Source of the DNA: an uncultured bacterium
Lineage (GTDB): Bacteria > Babelota > Babeliae > Babelales > Vermiphilaceae
Assembly (NCBI GenBank): GCA_963702025.1
Contig: OY969699.1
Location: 1,440,001 to 1,504,000 of the forward strand
Direction of reading: 5' to 3'
DNA: 64,000 nucleotides
The position numbers were made by a program, and so were the translations under genes. Each line of letters begins with the position of its first letter. Positions within the stretch are counted from its first letter, which is position 1. This document shows, in pieces, positions 18,648 to 28,898 of the stretch. The notes beneath the pieces were generated by a model. That model saw only the letters and a program-made list of their open reading frames with translations. It did not search any database and was not told the origin of the DNA.

Positions 18648-19133
18648 ATGAAAAATTTTATTCTCCTTGCCAGTAAAAGAATTATTTTGGTCCTGCCATT
18701 AATCACCTTTGCAAACAATACTCGTTGCATGAATGGATTTGACCAATCACTCAACCCTGATCACTTAATTGAAAATAAAGCACAGAGCTTACTGGTCATG
18801 CTGCAAACGGTGCCAACAGATCACCGGGTTACGGCCGATCTGTTAAAAAATATTAACGTTATGAGATTTTTTAAGTTCATGGAAGAGTATGTCAAAATAT
18901 TTCCCGCAATGAGTGGCACAGAATTTAAGAGAATGATGAGTGAATTGGATCAGTATGTTGAGCAACATCTTCCGGCGGGCCAACAATGTTATCTTAAAGA
19001 AGTTTCTGAATTTTTACAGCAACGTTATTTTTCCGATTATTCCGTGAATGAACTTTTTACCTTTAGTCTTTTAATTGCAGCAATTGAAGATTTAACGGAA
19101 CTGAATAGATTGATAAGCAAAAGAGCTCAATAA
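18648..19133 (+). CDS. Secreted hypothetical protein
   Basis: GGA RBS; hydrophobic leader ending ...TRC-MNG. Confidence 0.6.
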   Translation: MKNFILLASKRIILVLPLITFANNTRCMNGFDQSLNPDHLIENKAQSLLVMLQTVPTDHRVTADLLKNINVMRFFKFMEEYVKIFPAMSGTEFKRMMSELDQYVEQHLPAGQQCYLKEVSEFLQQRYFSDYSVNELFTFSLLIAAIEDLTELNRLISKRAQ

Positions 19134-19236
19134 GCTTTTGCCTGTGTTTTCAATTTCATTAATTTGTAAAACTCAACCAATAGAGTATCATGTAACCAAG
19201 TTCTATTAGGATGTCTATTTAAGCAAAAGTAAACAT

Positions 19237-20517
19237 ATGCAACAGAAAAAAATATCCCTTGTTAGCGCCATAATTCTCAATGTAAACATACTGGTTGGAT
19301 CGGCAATTTTTGCTTTTCCCAGTTTGATGGCCGGCATTGCAGGTAATGCAAGTTTTCTTTCATGGGGAATAGTTGCACTTTTATTTTTGCCTTTAGTGTT
19401 AGCCGCTGTCGAATTAACCAGCCTTTTTCCGGGGGCGGGTGGCTTTTATACCTATGCAAAGGAGGGCCTGGGAAAAGAAGCAGGTTATTTAGCCGGTTGG
19501 CTGTATATTGTTGGCTATACATTTTCAGTGGTTCTTGAAGGCTTGGCACTCAGAAAAATAGTTACTTCCTACTGCTTATCTGTACCTTTCATTGATAATG
19601 TCTTTATTTTTAATCTTCTGTTTGTAAGCATTTTAGTGCTCTTTAATATGTTAAGCCTTAAAGTAATGAGTAACTTTCTGAGCTTCTTTACGATCTGTAA
19701 GATATTACCACTCGTAATATTAATTTTATTAATTCCATTTATTATAAATCCCAACTTCTCAATTACGAGTACTGAGCTTTCCTTATTGCCGGCTTCATTG
19801 CCCTTGGCAATCTTTGGATACTTTGGTTTTGAATATTGTTGCAATATTACTCATCATATTGAAAACAGCAAAAAGAATGGGCCGCGAGCGATCATGATCG
19901 GTTTTTTGGCAACTGCGCTCATTTACATGCTCTTTCATTTTGGTCTTTTAAATCTTATGGGTGCTCAAAAACTTGCTGAATGCGGCGCTCCGGCCTACGC
20001 ATCATTTTTGACTATGCCAATCCCCTACTTAAAAGAATTTATCAATTTCTTTATTCCTATTGCTTCTATTATCGCAATTTGCGCAACTGCTATCGGACTT
20101 CTTAATGCAAACACGGAAGTATTATATGTAATGGCCCAAGAGCGTCAATTTTATAAATGGCATTTGTTATCCAAGGTTAACACATATGGCCGGCCTATCG
20201 TAGCATTATTGCTCCAGAGTTTTATAATTTTTTTGATTTTAATGTTTGTCCCTTATATTGCGGTTATTAATGGCCTGTGTAACGTAGGGGTTTTCTTAGC
20301 CTATCTACTTCCCTTTATTTCTTTATTGATTTTACAACGCAGCATTGGCAGCTATAGAAAAATGCCTTTGACCATTTTAGCAATTGCTATTATTGTGGGT
20401 CTCATTATTTACAACTGGCTATTCATGGCAGATTCGCTCATTGAACGTTTGCTGTATACCGCATTGCTATGCTGCATTATTGGTAGCGGATTTTTAATTC
20501 GAAATCGCGAACGATGA
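19237..20517 (+). CDS. APC family amino acid permease
   Basis: About 12 TM; GSAIFAFP, AGGFYTYA and GFE motifs. Confidence 0.92.
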   Translation: MQQKKISLVSAIILNVNILVGSAIFAFPSLMAGIAGNASFLSWGIVALLFLPLVLAAVELTSLFPGAGGFYTYAKEGLGKEAGYLAGWLYIVGYTFSVVLEGLALRKIVTSYCLSVPFIDNVFIFNLLFVSILVLFNMLSLKVMSNFLSFFTICKILPLVILILLIPFIINPNFSITSTELSLLPASLPLAIFGYFGFEYCCNITHHIENSKKNGPRAIMIGFLATALIYMLFHFGLLNLMGAQKLAECGAPAYASFLTMPIPYLKEFINFFIPIASIIAICATAIGLLNANTEVLYVMAQERQFYKWHLLSKVNTYGRPIVALLLQSFIIFLILMFVPYIAVINGLCNVGVFLAYLLPFISLLILQRSIGSYRKMPLTILAIAIIVGLIIYNWLFMADSLIERLLYTALLCCIIGSGFLIRNRER

Positions 20518-21035
20518 ACACAATGAAGAGGATAGCCATTATTGGCAATGCCGGATCGGGTAAATCAATACTGGCCCAAAAGCTGCATACCATTTTTAAG
20601 TTGCCGGTTTATCATCTTGATAAATATTTCTGGAAACCGGGGTGGGTAAGGCCCGATCCTATTGAATACAAAAAAATCCATGGCAGTTTATGTGATAAGG
20701 ATGAATGGATCATCGAAGGCCTTAATCTGAAGCTTTTGGATTATCGCATTAAGCAAGCCGATATGATTATATTTTTAGATTTTCCACAGTACCTTTGCTT
20801 TTGGCGTATTTTTAAAAGATCCGTAAAATATTATGGAAAAGTAGCTCCAGGGAGTGCCGAAGGATGCCCGGAAAGATTTAATTGGGAATTTTTAAATTGG
20901 GTGCGTGCTTTTAAAAAAAGATATTCTGCCAAAACACGTGAACTTTTAGCAGGTTACGCAAATACAAAACAGATTTATGTTTTTAGATCGCAACAAGAAG
21001 TTGATAAATTTGTTGAAAAAATTGCACAAGATTAA
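20514..21035 (+). CDS. Adenylate kinase-like P-loop protein (FlaR / topology modulation family)
   Basis: IGNAGSGKS, HLDKYFWKPGW, WIIEG and GCPER motifs. Confidence 0.88.
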   Translation: MNTMKRIAIIGNAGSGKSILAQKLHTIFKLPVYHLDKYFWKPGWVRPDPIEYKKIHGSLCDKDEWIIEGLNLKLLDYRIKQADMIIFLDFPQYLCFWRIFKRSVKYYGKVAPGSAEGCPERFNWEFLNWVRAFKKRYSAKTRELLAGYANTKQIYVFRSQQEVDKFVEKIAQD

Positions 21036-22456
21036 AGAGCCGCTAAAATCCTGCCATCTTTCACCTCATATATATCGTTTACTGATATGGCTTTCAAAAA
21101 TTGCTGATCATGAGAAATAATAATCAGCGCCCCCGGATATGCTGCCAGAACTTCAATAAGATACTCGCGTGTTTGCAAATCGATATTATTGGTAATCTCA
21201 TCAAGCAGTAAAAGATACGGATTTTTTGCTGCGATGAAAGCAAGCGATAAGCGAGCCTTTTCACCTCCCGAGAGATTGCCTACTTTATTTTCAACTTCAT
21301 GTTGGGTTGAAAAGAGAAAATCATTCAGATGCTTGCGCACTTCAAGATTGGACCATTGGGGCGCTGCTTCTTGAATAACCTGAAATATGGTCAGCGATGG
21401 CGGCAAAGTGGAATAATGTTGATCCAAGTAGCCAATATTATTGTTGGCCGGCATATGCCAATTGCCTTGGATTTTGATCTGCGGTTCATGCAAAATCGCT
21501 TTTAAAAAGGTTGATTTACCTGAACCATTAGCGCCGGTTATTGCAATGCGATCGGTTGGCTGAATCTGCATATTGATATCATGCAAAATAGGAGGTTTAT
21601 CTTTATACCCGCAGCTTCCGTTTACAATAGAAACAATCGCTTTATGCGTAACTGTGGTGCGCATGCCGACATTAAATTTGGGCTTAATTTTTTTATGAAC
21701 AAATGCCTGCCCAAGCTCTGCTTGAATAGATTCTTGCATATATGATAACCGTTTGAGATTTTTCCCTTCGGATCGGGAGCCACTTTCTTTCATGGCGCCA
21801 AGCAATGTGCGATCTTTTTCATGAATATTGGCCACTTTGCTTTGAGCGGCTCTTTTATGCTCTTGTTCTAGCGCTTTGCGCAATTTACGTTTTTCTTTAT
21901 ACAATTGCTCGCGTTGCTGTTCAAGCTGTTCTTGCTGGGCATCATGCATCGCCAGATACTCAGCATAATTGCCGGCAAAAATGGTAATGGTCCCATGTTC
22001 AATATGCCAAATTTCATCAAAATCGAGCGCTAAGATATCCGGATCATGAGAAACAATGATCATTGTGTAATTCCAAGAGCGCAACATGCGAATAAATGAG
22101 GTTTTATTATGCTGGTCCAAATGATTGGTTGGCTCATCAAGGCATAAAACATCAGGACCCACACTTAAAGCACCCGAAAGGGCTTTATTAAATCGTTGGC
22201 CACCACTTAAGTGCGGATACTCGGTTATTGTTTGGGGCACATAGCCAAAGGTAATCCCTTCGGGAATTTTTACATGCCCTGATGTTGGTGGCGTGAGCCC
22301 TTGAATTGTTTTAAGCAAGGTCGATTTGCCGGATCCATTTATACCCATAATAACAATGTGCTTGCCCGGATGAATTTGAGTACTAAAGTTTTCAAAGCAG
22401 ATTTTTGGATTGGCATATAATGAAATATTGCTGATGGTAATAGGTTTGTGGCTCAT
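21032..22456 (-). CDS. ABC-F ATPase, ribosomal protection (ARE)-like
   Basis: Two NBDs (GINGSGKST/LSGGQ/DEPTNHLD and GANGSGKST/LSGGE/DEITNNID), long linker, no TM segments. Confidence 0.9.
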   Translation of the reverse strand: MSHKPITISNISLYANPKICFENFSTQIHPGKHIVIMGINGSGKSTLLKTIQGLTPPTSGHVKIPEGITFGYVPQTITEYPHLSGGQRFNKALSGALSVGPDVLCLDEPTNHLDQHNKTSFIRMLRSWNYTMIIVSHDPDILALDFDEIWHIEHGTITIFAGNYAEYLAMHDAQQEQLEQQREQLYKEKRKLRKALEQEHKRAAQSKVANIHEKDRTLLGAMKESGSRSEGKNLKRLSYMQESIQAELGQAFVHKKIKPKFNVGMRTTVTHKAIVSIVNGSCGYKDKPPILHDINMQIQPTDRIAITGANGSGKSTFLKAILHEPQIKIQGNWHMPANNNIGYLDQHYSTLPPSLTIFQVIQEAAPQWSNLEVRKHLNDFLFSTQHEVENKVGNLSGGEKARLSLAFIAAKNPYLLLLDEITNNIDLQTREYLIEVLAAYPGALIIISHDQQFLKAISVNDIYEVKDGRILAAL

Positions 22457-22459
22457 AAA

Positions 22460-22592
22460 TTTTGTCTCCCCGTGCAAAGCCATCTTGTTCAGTGAAGCAA
22501 GCGCCATGGCTCTTTTATCAAGCAGAATTATGCTAATTTACCAATCGACTACCAAATCAGCATAATTCCCTTGGAAAGAGCGAAGCTCTGCC
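22460..22592 (-). promoter_or_regulatory. Attenuator-like leader with uORF MLIW* upstream of ABC-F
   Basis: AAGGGA RBS plus ATG CTG ATT TGG TAG (22563-22549) overlapping a 15-bp stem (arms 22554-22568 and 22525-22539); further hairpins flank it. Confidence 0.65.
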
Positions 22593-22612
22593 ATTTATTC
22601 TTATTCGTTTCG

Positions 22613-23482
22613 TTAAAAAGTACTTATAAAGGCCCCAAGCTTGCCAATCCTATCTTTAATGCCTGCAGTCTTAGGAAAATCTTCTTTTTCAAGCGCCTCA
22701 GTGAGCCGTGAAAATTCAGTAGCCATGCAATAAATATAGGCATTGCCAACCGCAAGGTTTTCTCCAGATTTTTGATTATAGGCTTGAATTGCCAGGGGAA
22801 TTAATTCCATATCAATCAAATGCAAGTAACGAAATTCATGATAAACGGTATCAATTGCCGCTGACGTAAAATCTATACTGCCGGATAGTTTTTTGGTTGC
22901 CGGATCAATGAGAATGTTATCTGCATGCAAATCATTATGCACTAATTCTAATTTTTTGTCGGCATCTATTATGCGTTGATATTCATTTATGAAATGGACA
23001 AATAGTTCTTGAAGATGTTTATCAGTTAATACTTTGGAAAGTCTTGATTGTAGAATATCCGGTTTTAAGGGCCAATCGGCGCGGGTAAGCCCTATTTTTT
23101 CTGCAGCATCAAGAGTGATGCTTGAATGCAACTCATAAAGAAATTGCGCAAAATCATCAGCAAATTGTTTTTTCTGAATTTCAGTAAGTTCCTCATACAT
23201 TGTAGCGGCAAGCGGCACACCTAAAATCTTCTTATATCCAAAGCAATAGGCATCGGGAAAATAATAAGCAACTTTTGGGATAGAGCAGGCAATTTTATTT
23301 TCAAGCATTTTTAGAAGTTGCACTTCAATGCCCATATGCTGTTGCACATCCGAGTTTTTGGCAAATCGAAAGATCCATGTATTATTTACCTCAATAACGC
23401 AATGTTCATCGCCCTGCTTTTGTACAATCGACTGTATACATAGATCGGGAATGTTTTTTTCTAAAAATAGCTTATTGTTCAT
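22613..23482 (-). CDS. Aminoglycoside phosphotransferase family kinase
   Basis: WIFRF, HNDLHADNIL and IDF motifs. Confidence 0.88.
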   Translation of the reverse strand: MNNKLFLEKNIPDLCIQSIVQKQGDEHCVIEVNNTWIFRFAKNSDVQQHMGIEVQLLKMLENKIACSIPKVAYYFPDAYCFGYKKILGVPLAATMYEELTEIQKKQFADDFAQFLYELHSSITLDAAEKIGLTRADWPLKPDILQSRLSKVLTDKHLQELFVHFINEYQRIIDADKKLELVHNDLHADNILIDPATKKLSGSIDFTSAAIDTVYHEFRYLHLIDMELIPLAIQAYNQKSGENLAVGNAYIYCMATEFSRLTEALEKEDFPKTAGIKDRIGKLGAFISTF

Positions 23483-24620
23483 GTTTCAAAATTCGATTGC
23501 CGGGATTAAGATTATTTTTCAGGTATTTATCAAAAAAATCGGTTGTATATTTCTTAGCTCTATTTTGCATTTTTCTCGACTGTGCTGATGAAGCGCCAAC
23601 ATCAACATCAATAAATTTGGATAACAATTGGCCGAGTAGCGTTGCGTGCAAAAGGAGCGGTAAATCAGTGAATGCGCCATGGCCAATATTATCAATATCA
23701 ACAATTGTCATATTTCCCTGTGATGCGCTTGCTAATTGATCCAGTTTCTCACGTTCAATTTTTCCCTCGGCATCGGCCCATATGCGGCTTTTTTTGGCTA
23801 CGATTTCCAAAAAGGGAGTATGCAGGGGCTCCATATTTAAATTGCCACGAAGACCACTATCAAACGCAACGCCGGCTTTAATACGAGCATCTTTTAAACA
23901 CATGTGCATCGTAAGCGCTCCGCCTCCTGAATGTCCGGCCATGCCGATGTGATCTATGTCGAGTTTTTTATAAAACATCGACGAAGGTTGAGCATTGAAT
24001 TGTGATACACTGTCTAAAACAAAAGTAATATCATGGGCCAGCGTTTCAAATTGTTCTCGCTTCCAGGCCCTAGTAATCTCTTTGCCCTCTCTTTTTTTTG
24101 AGCTCAATAGACTATCAATGTATCTGCCATCAGGAAATCGTGTTCTTGCAGCCATATAGGGATGATTGATGCCAATTACTATATATCCCTGGCTAGCAAG
24201 CTCTTGCATGAGCCATGTGTATTGTTGAATCATGGGGCCTGATCCATGGGTGACAATAATCACCGGAAATAAATCGCCCTTTGCTAGTGCCGCATTGAGC
24301 TGCGCGTATATTTTTGTTTTTTGCAAACCACCAAGCAGCCAAGTAGGGATACCGCTTTGCGTGTGAATAAATTCTTTGAAATTTTCAATCGCATCAGCAT
24401 CATAAAGCGTATTGGGGTTCTCTGTTTTTATATTTGTTGGATACCAAATATGCAGCATTAATTCGCGTGGTGAATTCGGATTGTTTGGTTCTTTCCGCTT
24501 GGTATCAATTAAATGAAGTTCTGTTGTGCCAACGCCATAGCAACCTGTGGGTGCCGGAAAATTATTGAGATTACCGAACATAATAATCCTCATTGTTCTT
24601 TGCCATACACTGGACTTCAA
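23472..24620 (-). CDS. Alpha/beta hydrolase, PAF-acetylhydrolase-like; start uncertain
   Basis: PTGCYGVG, RELMLHIWYP, LASQGY and GHSGG motifs. Confidence 0.88.
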   Translation of the reverse strand: MKSSVWQRTMRIIMFGNLNNFPAPTGCYGVGTTELHLIDTKRKEPNNPNSPRELMLHIWYPTNIKTENPNTLYDADAIENFKEFIHTQSGIPTWLLGGLQKTKIYAQLNAALAKGDLFPVIIVTHGSGPMIQQYTWLMQELASQGYIVIGINHPYMAARTRFPDGRYIDSLLSSKKREGKEITRAWKREQFETLAHDITFVLDSVSQFNAQPSSMFYKKLDIDHIGMAGHSGGGALTMHMCLKDARIKAGVAFDSGLRGNLNMEPLHTPFLEIVAKKSRIWADAEGKIEREKLDQLASASQGNMTIVDIDNIGHGAFTDLPLLLHATLLGQLLSKFIDVDVGASSAQSRKMQNRAKKYTTDFFDKYLKNNLNPGNRILKHEQ

Positions 24621-24625
24621 TATTT

Positions 24626-25894
24626 CTATTTTTTAATTTTTATTTTTTCCGTTATTTCCGGCAAGCCTTTCAGCAGAGCAATAAATTGATTGCGATCTTT
24701 ATTCTTAAGGTATACATCAAAAAAATCAACCACGAGTTTTCGGGTAATCTCAATTCCTTTTAATGGAGCAATTGTGCCTGGTGGCAGAGACGGCAATAAG
24801 AAAGGGTAATCAGTAAAACTCATATGATCTGCTTTTTTGAGAATTGCTAAATATGCATCATTAAGAAGATAATTAAATAAGTTTTCTATAGCTGATCGAT
24901 AGTCAATAATCACTTTATCAACGTCTGCTTTTGTCATGTGCATTTTTTCAAGCATCTCATCAGGAGGATAATTTCCGAGATCAACCGATTGGCTAGCTTC
25001 TAGGAACATAAATGGTTTATCGAAAGCCATTTGCGCATCTTTTCCTTCCGGGGAACCATCAATAAGAATACCTGCCTTACATCTGCTATCCTGTCGACAA
25101 ACCTGCACTGCAGTAGCGCCCCCAAAAGAGTGCCCAAATATGCCAATGTGTGATAAATCCAGCTTAGAAGTTAATAAATGATTTGGATCATTTATGTTCA
25201 TTTTTTCTAATTTATCAAGAACAAATTTAGTATCCTGCACCCATCTATCCATCATATCCGATAATCCCTTTGATCGTATCTCTAGCATTTCGTTTGGATT
25301 ATCTACAGGTTTTTGTGTTACCGGCTTGGCATCTTCAGGCCTAATTATTCTGCCATCAGGGAAAAAAGTAACTAAATTGTCATATGGGTGATCAATTCCA
25401 ACAACAATATATCCATGGCTTGCCAAATCTTCCAATACACTTGTGTATGATCGAACAACCCCAGTACCGACGCCCGGTGAAAAGATGACTACCGGCCATC
25501 GGGTGTTAGAAGATGAAACTGAAGCATTATATATACTACGAGTTTTAACTACATCAAGAAACCCTAATTTCTCTAAAGGAGTATGCGATTGCTCACTTAT
25601 AAAATGTTTAACATACGGCATCTCCTGAGATAAATATGGATAGGGCTCACCTTCAATGTTTTTATCGATTGGATACCAAATGTGAACCATTAATTCCCGA
25701 TAATCTTCAGGATTTTTTGACGCGTTTTCTTTGCGGCTCTTATCAATCAAATGATACTTGGTGGTACCAACCGCAAATGGACCCGTTAGTGCCGGTAATT
25801 GTATTACGTGCCGCTCCTTATGCATACAAAATAAAGTTATTATGGCACCGAGTGCTACGGCACCAGTAATTAAAATGATTTTATTTATTTTCAT
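24626..25894 (-). CDS. Alpha/beta hydrolase, PAF-acetylhydrolase-like, tandem paralog with N-terminal anchor
   Basis: TGPFAVG, RELMVHIWYP, GHSFGG and HMSFTD motifs. Confidence 0.9.
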   Translation of the reverse strand: MKINKIILITGAVALGAIITLFCMHKERHVIQLPALTGPFAVGTTKYHLIDKSRKENASKNPEDYRELMVHIWYPIDKNIEGEPYPYLSQEMPYVKHFISEQSHTPLEKLGFLDVVKTRSIYNASVSSSNTRWPVVIFSPGVGTGVVRSYTSVLEDLASHGYIVVGIDHPYDNLVTFFPDGRIIRPEDAKPVTQKPVDNPNEMLEIRSKGLSDMMDRWVQDTKFVLDKLEKMNINDPNHLLTSKLDLSHIGIFGHSFGGATAVQVCRQDSRCKAGILIDGSPEGKDAQMAFDKPFMFLEASQSVDLGNYPPDEMLEKMHMTKADVDKVIIDYRSAIENLFNYLLNDAYLAILKKADHMSFTDYPFLLPSLPPGTIAPLKGIEITRKLVVDFFDVYLKNKDRNQFIALLKGLPEITEKIKIKK

Positions 25895-26095
25895 TATTTC
25901 ATCACAATGTTTTGAGTTTGGAATTCTATAAATAAAACTGTAACAAAGGCCCATAGCAAGCACAAGAATTCAATTTTGATGGAACTTAGTACTTTTTCGA
26001 TTAGCCAAGAAGAAAATAATACATAAAAAGAATATCTTCAACGGCAATTCTCTGCTAAAATAGTGCTTATTTTAAACACTTTATACGGAGAAACA

Positions 26096-26761
26096 ATGAT
26101 CGCCAAAAAACTCATATTGATACTTTTACTGGGCACAAAAATGTATGGCTGTGCAAGATTTTTAACAGATCAATGGGAGAAAGAAATGCAACAATCTGAG
26201 CCAAGAAGCGGCCGCATGGATTGGTGGGCACCACAAAATGAGTTTGCCGCTGACCATCTTAGAAAATGCGCCGAAGCGAGCAAAGAAAAAGAACAAGCCC
26301 TTAAAGAGTCACCCGCAACTGCTGAGTATAAAAATGCTCAAGTACAAGTATCTGCTGATACTGCTGATTGCCTTGATCAATCCACTATGAACCGACTTTT
26401 GCATGTAACCGCAGCGGCAGGAAAAATCGAAGCGGTGCAGTACCTTATTACAAAAGGAGCTGCAATTGATGGACGCGATGAAGATACGTGGACACCCTTA
26501 ATGAGGGCAACAAAAGGCAATCATATTGCGGTTGTTAAAGCTTTGCTGGATGCCGGTGCTGATATGAATATTTGTTCTGATTATTGCAGAGTTTGTGATC
26601 CGGGGAACGGTGATTATCCACCAAACTGGCGCGGGCCAAGAGAACGCACAACTCCGCCGCCTCATAAATGCCGGCAAGCAACATCAGCCCCTTTACTTGC
26701 CAAATTTGGGCGCTTTACTGAAATTGAAAATTTGTTTGAAAAATATAAAAAACAAAAGTAA
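26096..26761 (+). CDS. Secreted ankyrin repeat protein
   Basis: GGAG RBS; signal peptide; LLHVTAAAG..LITKGA and TPLMRAT..LLDAGAD. Confidence 0.88.
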   Translation: MIAKKLILILLLGTKMYGCARFLTDQWEKEMQQSEPRSGRMDWWAPQNEFAADHLRKCAEASKEKEQALKESPATAEYKNAQVQVSADTADCLDQSTMNRLLHVTAAAGKIEAVQYLITKGAAIDGRDEDTWTPLMRATKGNHIAVVKALLDAGADMNICSDYCRVCDPGNGDYPPNWRGPRERTTPPPHKCRQATSAPLLAKFGRFTEIENLFEKYKKQK

Positions 26762-26770
26762 GGAATCATC

Positions 26771-27445
26771 ATGAATCACATCGAGATCGAACTCCGTTAT
26801 GAAGTTCTTAAACCTGAACAACTGCCATCATTTTTGGCTCCATTCGAAAAATTACATCAAAAACATGATGTTGATATCTATTTAGACACTCCCCAAGCGA
26901 TCCTCTATCAACGCGGCATTTTCATTCGCACTCGTAATGATAAAAAATTAGATATCAAATTCAATCGGGCAACTCTTGATAATCCTGATTTGGCAATTCA
27001 AGATTATTGCGAAGAGCATAGCTTTCCATTGCCGTTGCAAGAAAAAGACCTGGCTCAGATTAATGAATTGTTGGTGAGTCTTGATTTAAAACCACCGGCA
27101 ATTGCCGATCTTGCACATTTGAAATCGATTAACAGTTTTATTGAACATTACCGCGTTGATAAACTACGAACATCATACAAGCATGATTCTTTTACGCTCT
27201 GTTTGGATGAAGTTGCCGATCTTGGCACGTTCTTAGAAATTGAGCTGATGGCCAACAGCATAGAAGATCTTGCTGCGGTGAAACAACAAATGCAGTATTT
27301 AATTAAAGAACTTGATGTGGCACCTTTAAAAACCGGGTACGGTACATTGTTGCTTCGCAAAAAAGATTTTGGGCATTATTTAATGGGCAGATTTGTTTTG
27401 GAAGAAGATAAGATTTATAGAAAAAGCCACAGAAATAAAGCCTAA
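26771..27445 (+). CDS. CYTH domain protein (class IV adenylate cyclase / triphosphatase)
   Basis: IEIELRY, DIYL, LDEVADLGTFLEIE and GY motifs. Confidence 0.9.
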   Translation: MNHIEIELRYEVLKPEQLPSFLAPFEKLHQKHDVDIYLDTPQAILYQRGIFIRTRNDKKLDIKFNRATLDNPDLAIQDYCEEHSFPLPLQEKDLAQINELLVSLDLKPPAIADLAHLKSINSFIEHYRVDKLRTSYKHDSFTLCLDEVADLGTFLEIELMANSIEDLAAVKQQMQYLIKELDVAPLKTGYGTLLLRKKDFGHYLMGRFVLEEDKIYRKSHRNKA

Positions 27446-27538
27446 AGAGCGATTTCATTTGACACACGCGCTTCAAATTGACAAAATAAGAAAGCAATAT
27501 CAAAAAATATTAATTTTTAATTTCACAACAGGAAATAC

Positions 27539-28051
27539 ATGAAGAGATTCATACTCCCACTGTTTTTATTAGTCAGTTCTGCAAATATCTTTAGTTTGAA
27601 TCCGGCATTAGTAAATGGAGTTCGCATAGCAAGGCAGTATGTTTCTCCAACGATTGCAACCGCATTTGGACTTAAATTAACCCATAAAGCTCTCAAGCCT
27701 ATTATCCATACTTTTAAGGATGCTCGGCTTGACCTGGAAAATGCAAAATGGGCTTTAGCACGTTACACAGAAATGATTAATAAAGAGAAAGCCGAGCTTA
27801 CCCCAGAACAAGCAAAATACTATCGACCTTCTTCAAGCCTCCAATGGAACATCGATTTTAATGGTAAAAAAAGCCAAAGAACGTATCTTCAATGCCTCAA
27901 AGAAGAGTTTGCGCTCAAATTTTTTACGGGATCCTTACGCTATGATTATCGCACCGTTGGCGCCGCATTACTTGCGGGCGGATTAATCACTGCTAATGGT
28001 CTGTATGAATTGGGACTAGGGACCGCCATTGAAAAGATTGTAAGAAGATAA
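27539..28051 (+). CDS. Secreted or membrane hypothetical protein
   Basis: AGGA RBS; signal peptide; C-terminal hydrophobic segment. Confidence 0.65.
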   Translation: MKRFILPLFLLVSSANIFSLNPALVNGVRIARQYVSPTIATAFGLKLTHKALKPIIHTFKDARLDLENAKWALARYTEMINKEKAELTPEQAKYYRPSSSLQWNIDFNGKKSQRTYLQCLKEEFALKFFTGSLRYDYRTVGAALLAGGLITANGLYELGLGTAIEKIVRR

Positions 28052-28084
28052 ATTTTTCACTATCCTCATTTTAATTGCAATGTC

Positions 28085-28112
28085 AGCCCCGAAATAAAAA
28101 ATCGGGGCTTTT
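28085..28112 (+). terminator. Rho-independent terminator
   Basis: agccccga...tcggggct followed by a T-run. Confidence 0.7.
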
Positions 28113-28158
28113 CAATTCTTGAAGAAGATAAAGTATTTCCAAAACTAGAGACAATAAA

Positions 28159-28857
28159 ATGACTATAAAAAAACAGATTATCGCTATCGGTGGCGGTGGC
28201 TTTAGCAGCAAAAGAACGTCAACGAATACAATTTCAGTCCCCGAATATTTTTTACAGCAAACCGAAAAAGACAATCCTAAAATTTGCTTTATCCCCACGG
28301 CCAGCGGAGAATCGCAATCATATATTGTGAACTTTTATCAAGCATTTACCAAACTCGATTGCCAGCCATCCCATCTTTCATTTTTTTCGCCACATACTGC
28401 GGATATTGAATCATTTATTTTAGAACAAGATGCCATTTATGTTGGCGGTGGCAATACTAAGAGCATGTTGGCAATTTGGAGAGAATGGAACTTTGACACT
28501 TTTTTAAAGCGTGCCTACGAAAAAGGAATTGTTTTAGGCGGTGTGAGCGCCGGTTCAATTTGCTGGTTTCAAGAAGGCGTCACCGATTCAATTCCGGGCC
28601 CATTAACCGCAATCAAAGCGCTAGGATTTTTAAACGGCAGTAATTGTCCGCATTATGATGGCGAAGCTGAACGCAGACCTGCTTATCATAAGCTATTGCT
28701 CGATGAAAAACTTTCAGCCGGCATTGCTATAGATGATAATGTTGCCGTTCACTTTATTGATGGTAACGTTTTTAATGTGGTGAAATCGAATCCTAAAGCA
28801 AATGCGTATCATGTGTTTAAAGAAGATAATACCGTTGTAGAAAAGCCGATTTTATGA
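28159..28857 (+). CDS. Peptidase E (S51 family)
   Basis: FIPTASG, YVGGGNT, GVSAGS and CPHY motifs. Confidence 0.93.
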   Translation: MTIKKQIIAIGGGGFSSKRTSTNTISVPEYFLQQTEKDNPKICFIPTASGESQSYIVNFYQAFTKLDCQPSHLSFFSPHTADIESFILEQDAIYVGGGNTKSMLAIWREWNFDTFLKRAYEKGIVLGGVSAGSICWFQEGVTDSIPGPLTAIKALGFLNGSNCPHYDGEAERRPAYHKLLLDEKLSAGIAIDDNVAVHFIDGNVFNVVKSNPKANAYHVFKEDNTVVEKPIL

Positions 28858-28898
28858 CAAAAATCATTCTCAAAAGAATTAAGGGAAAAAGATAGATT

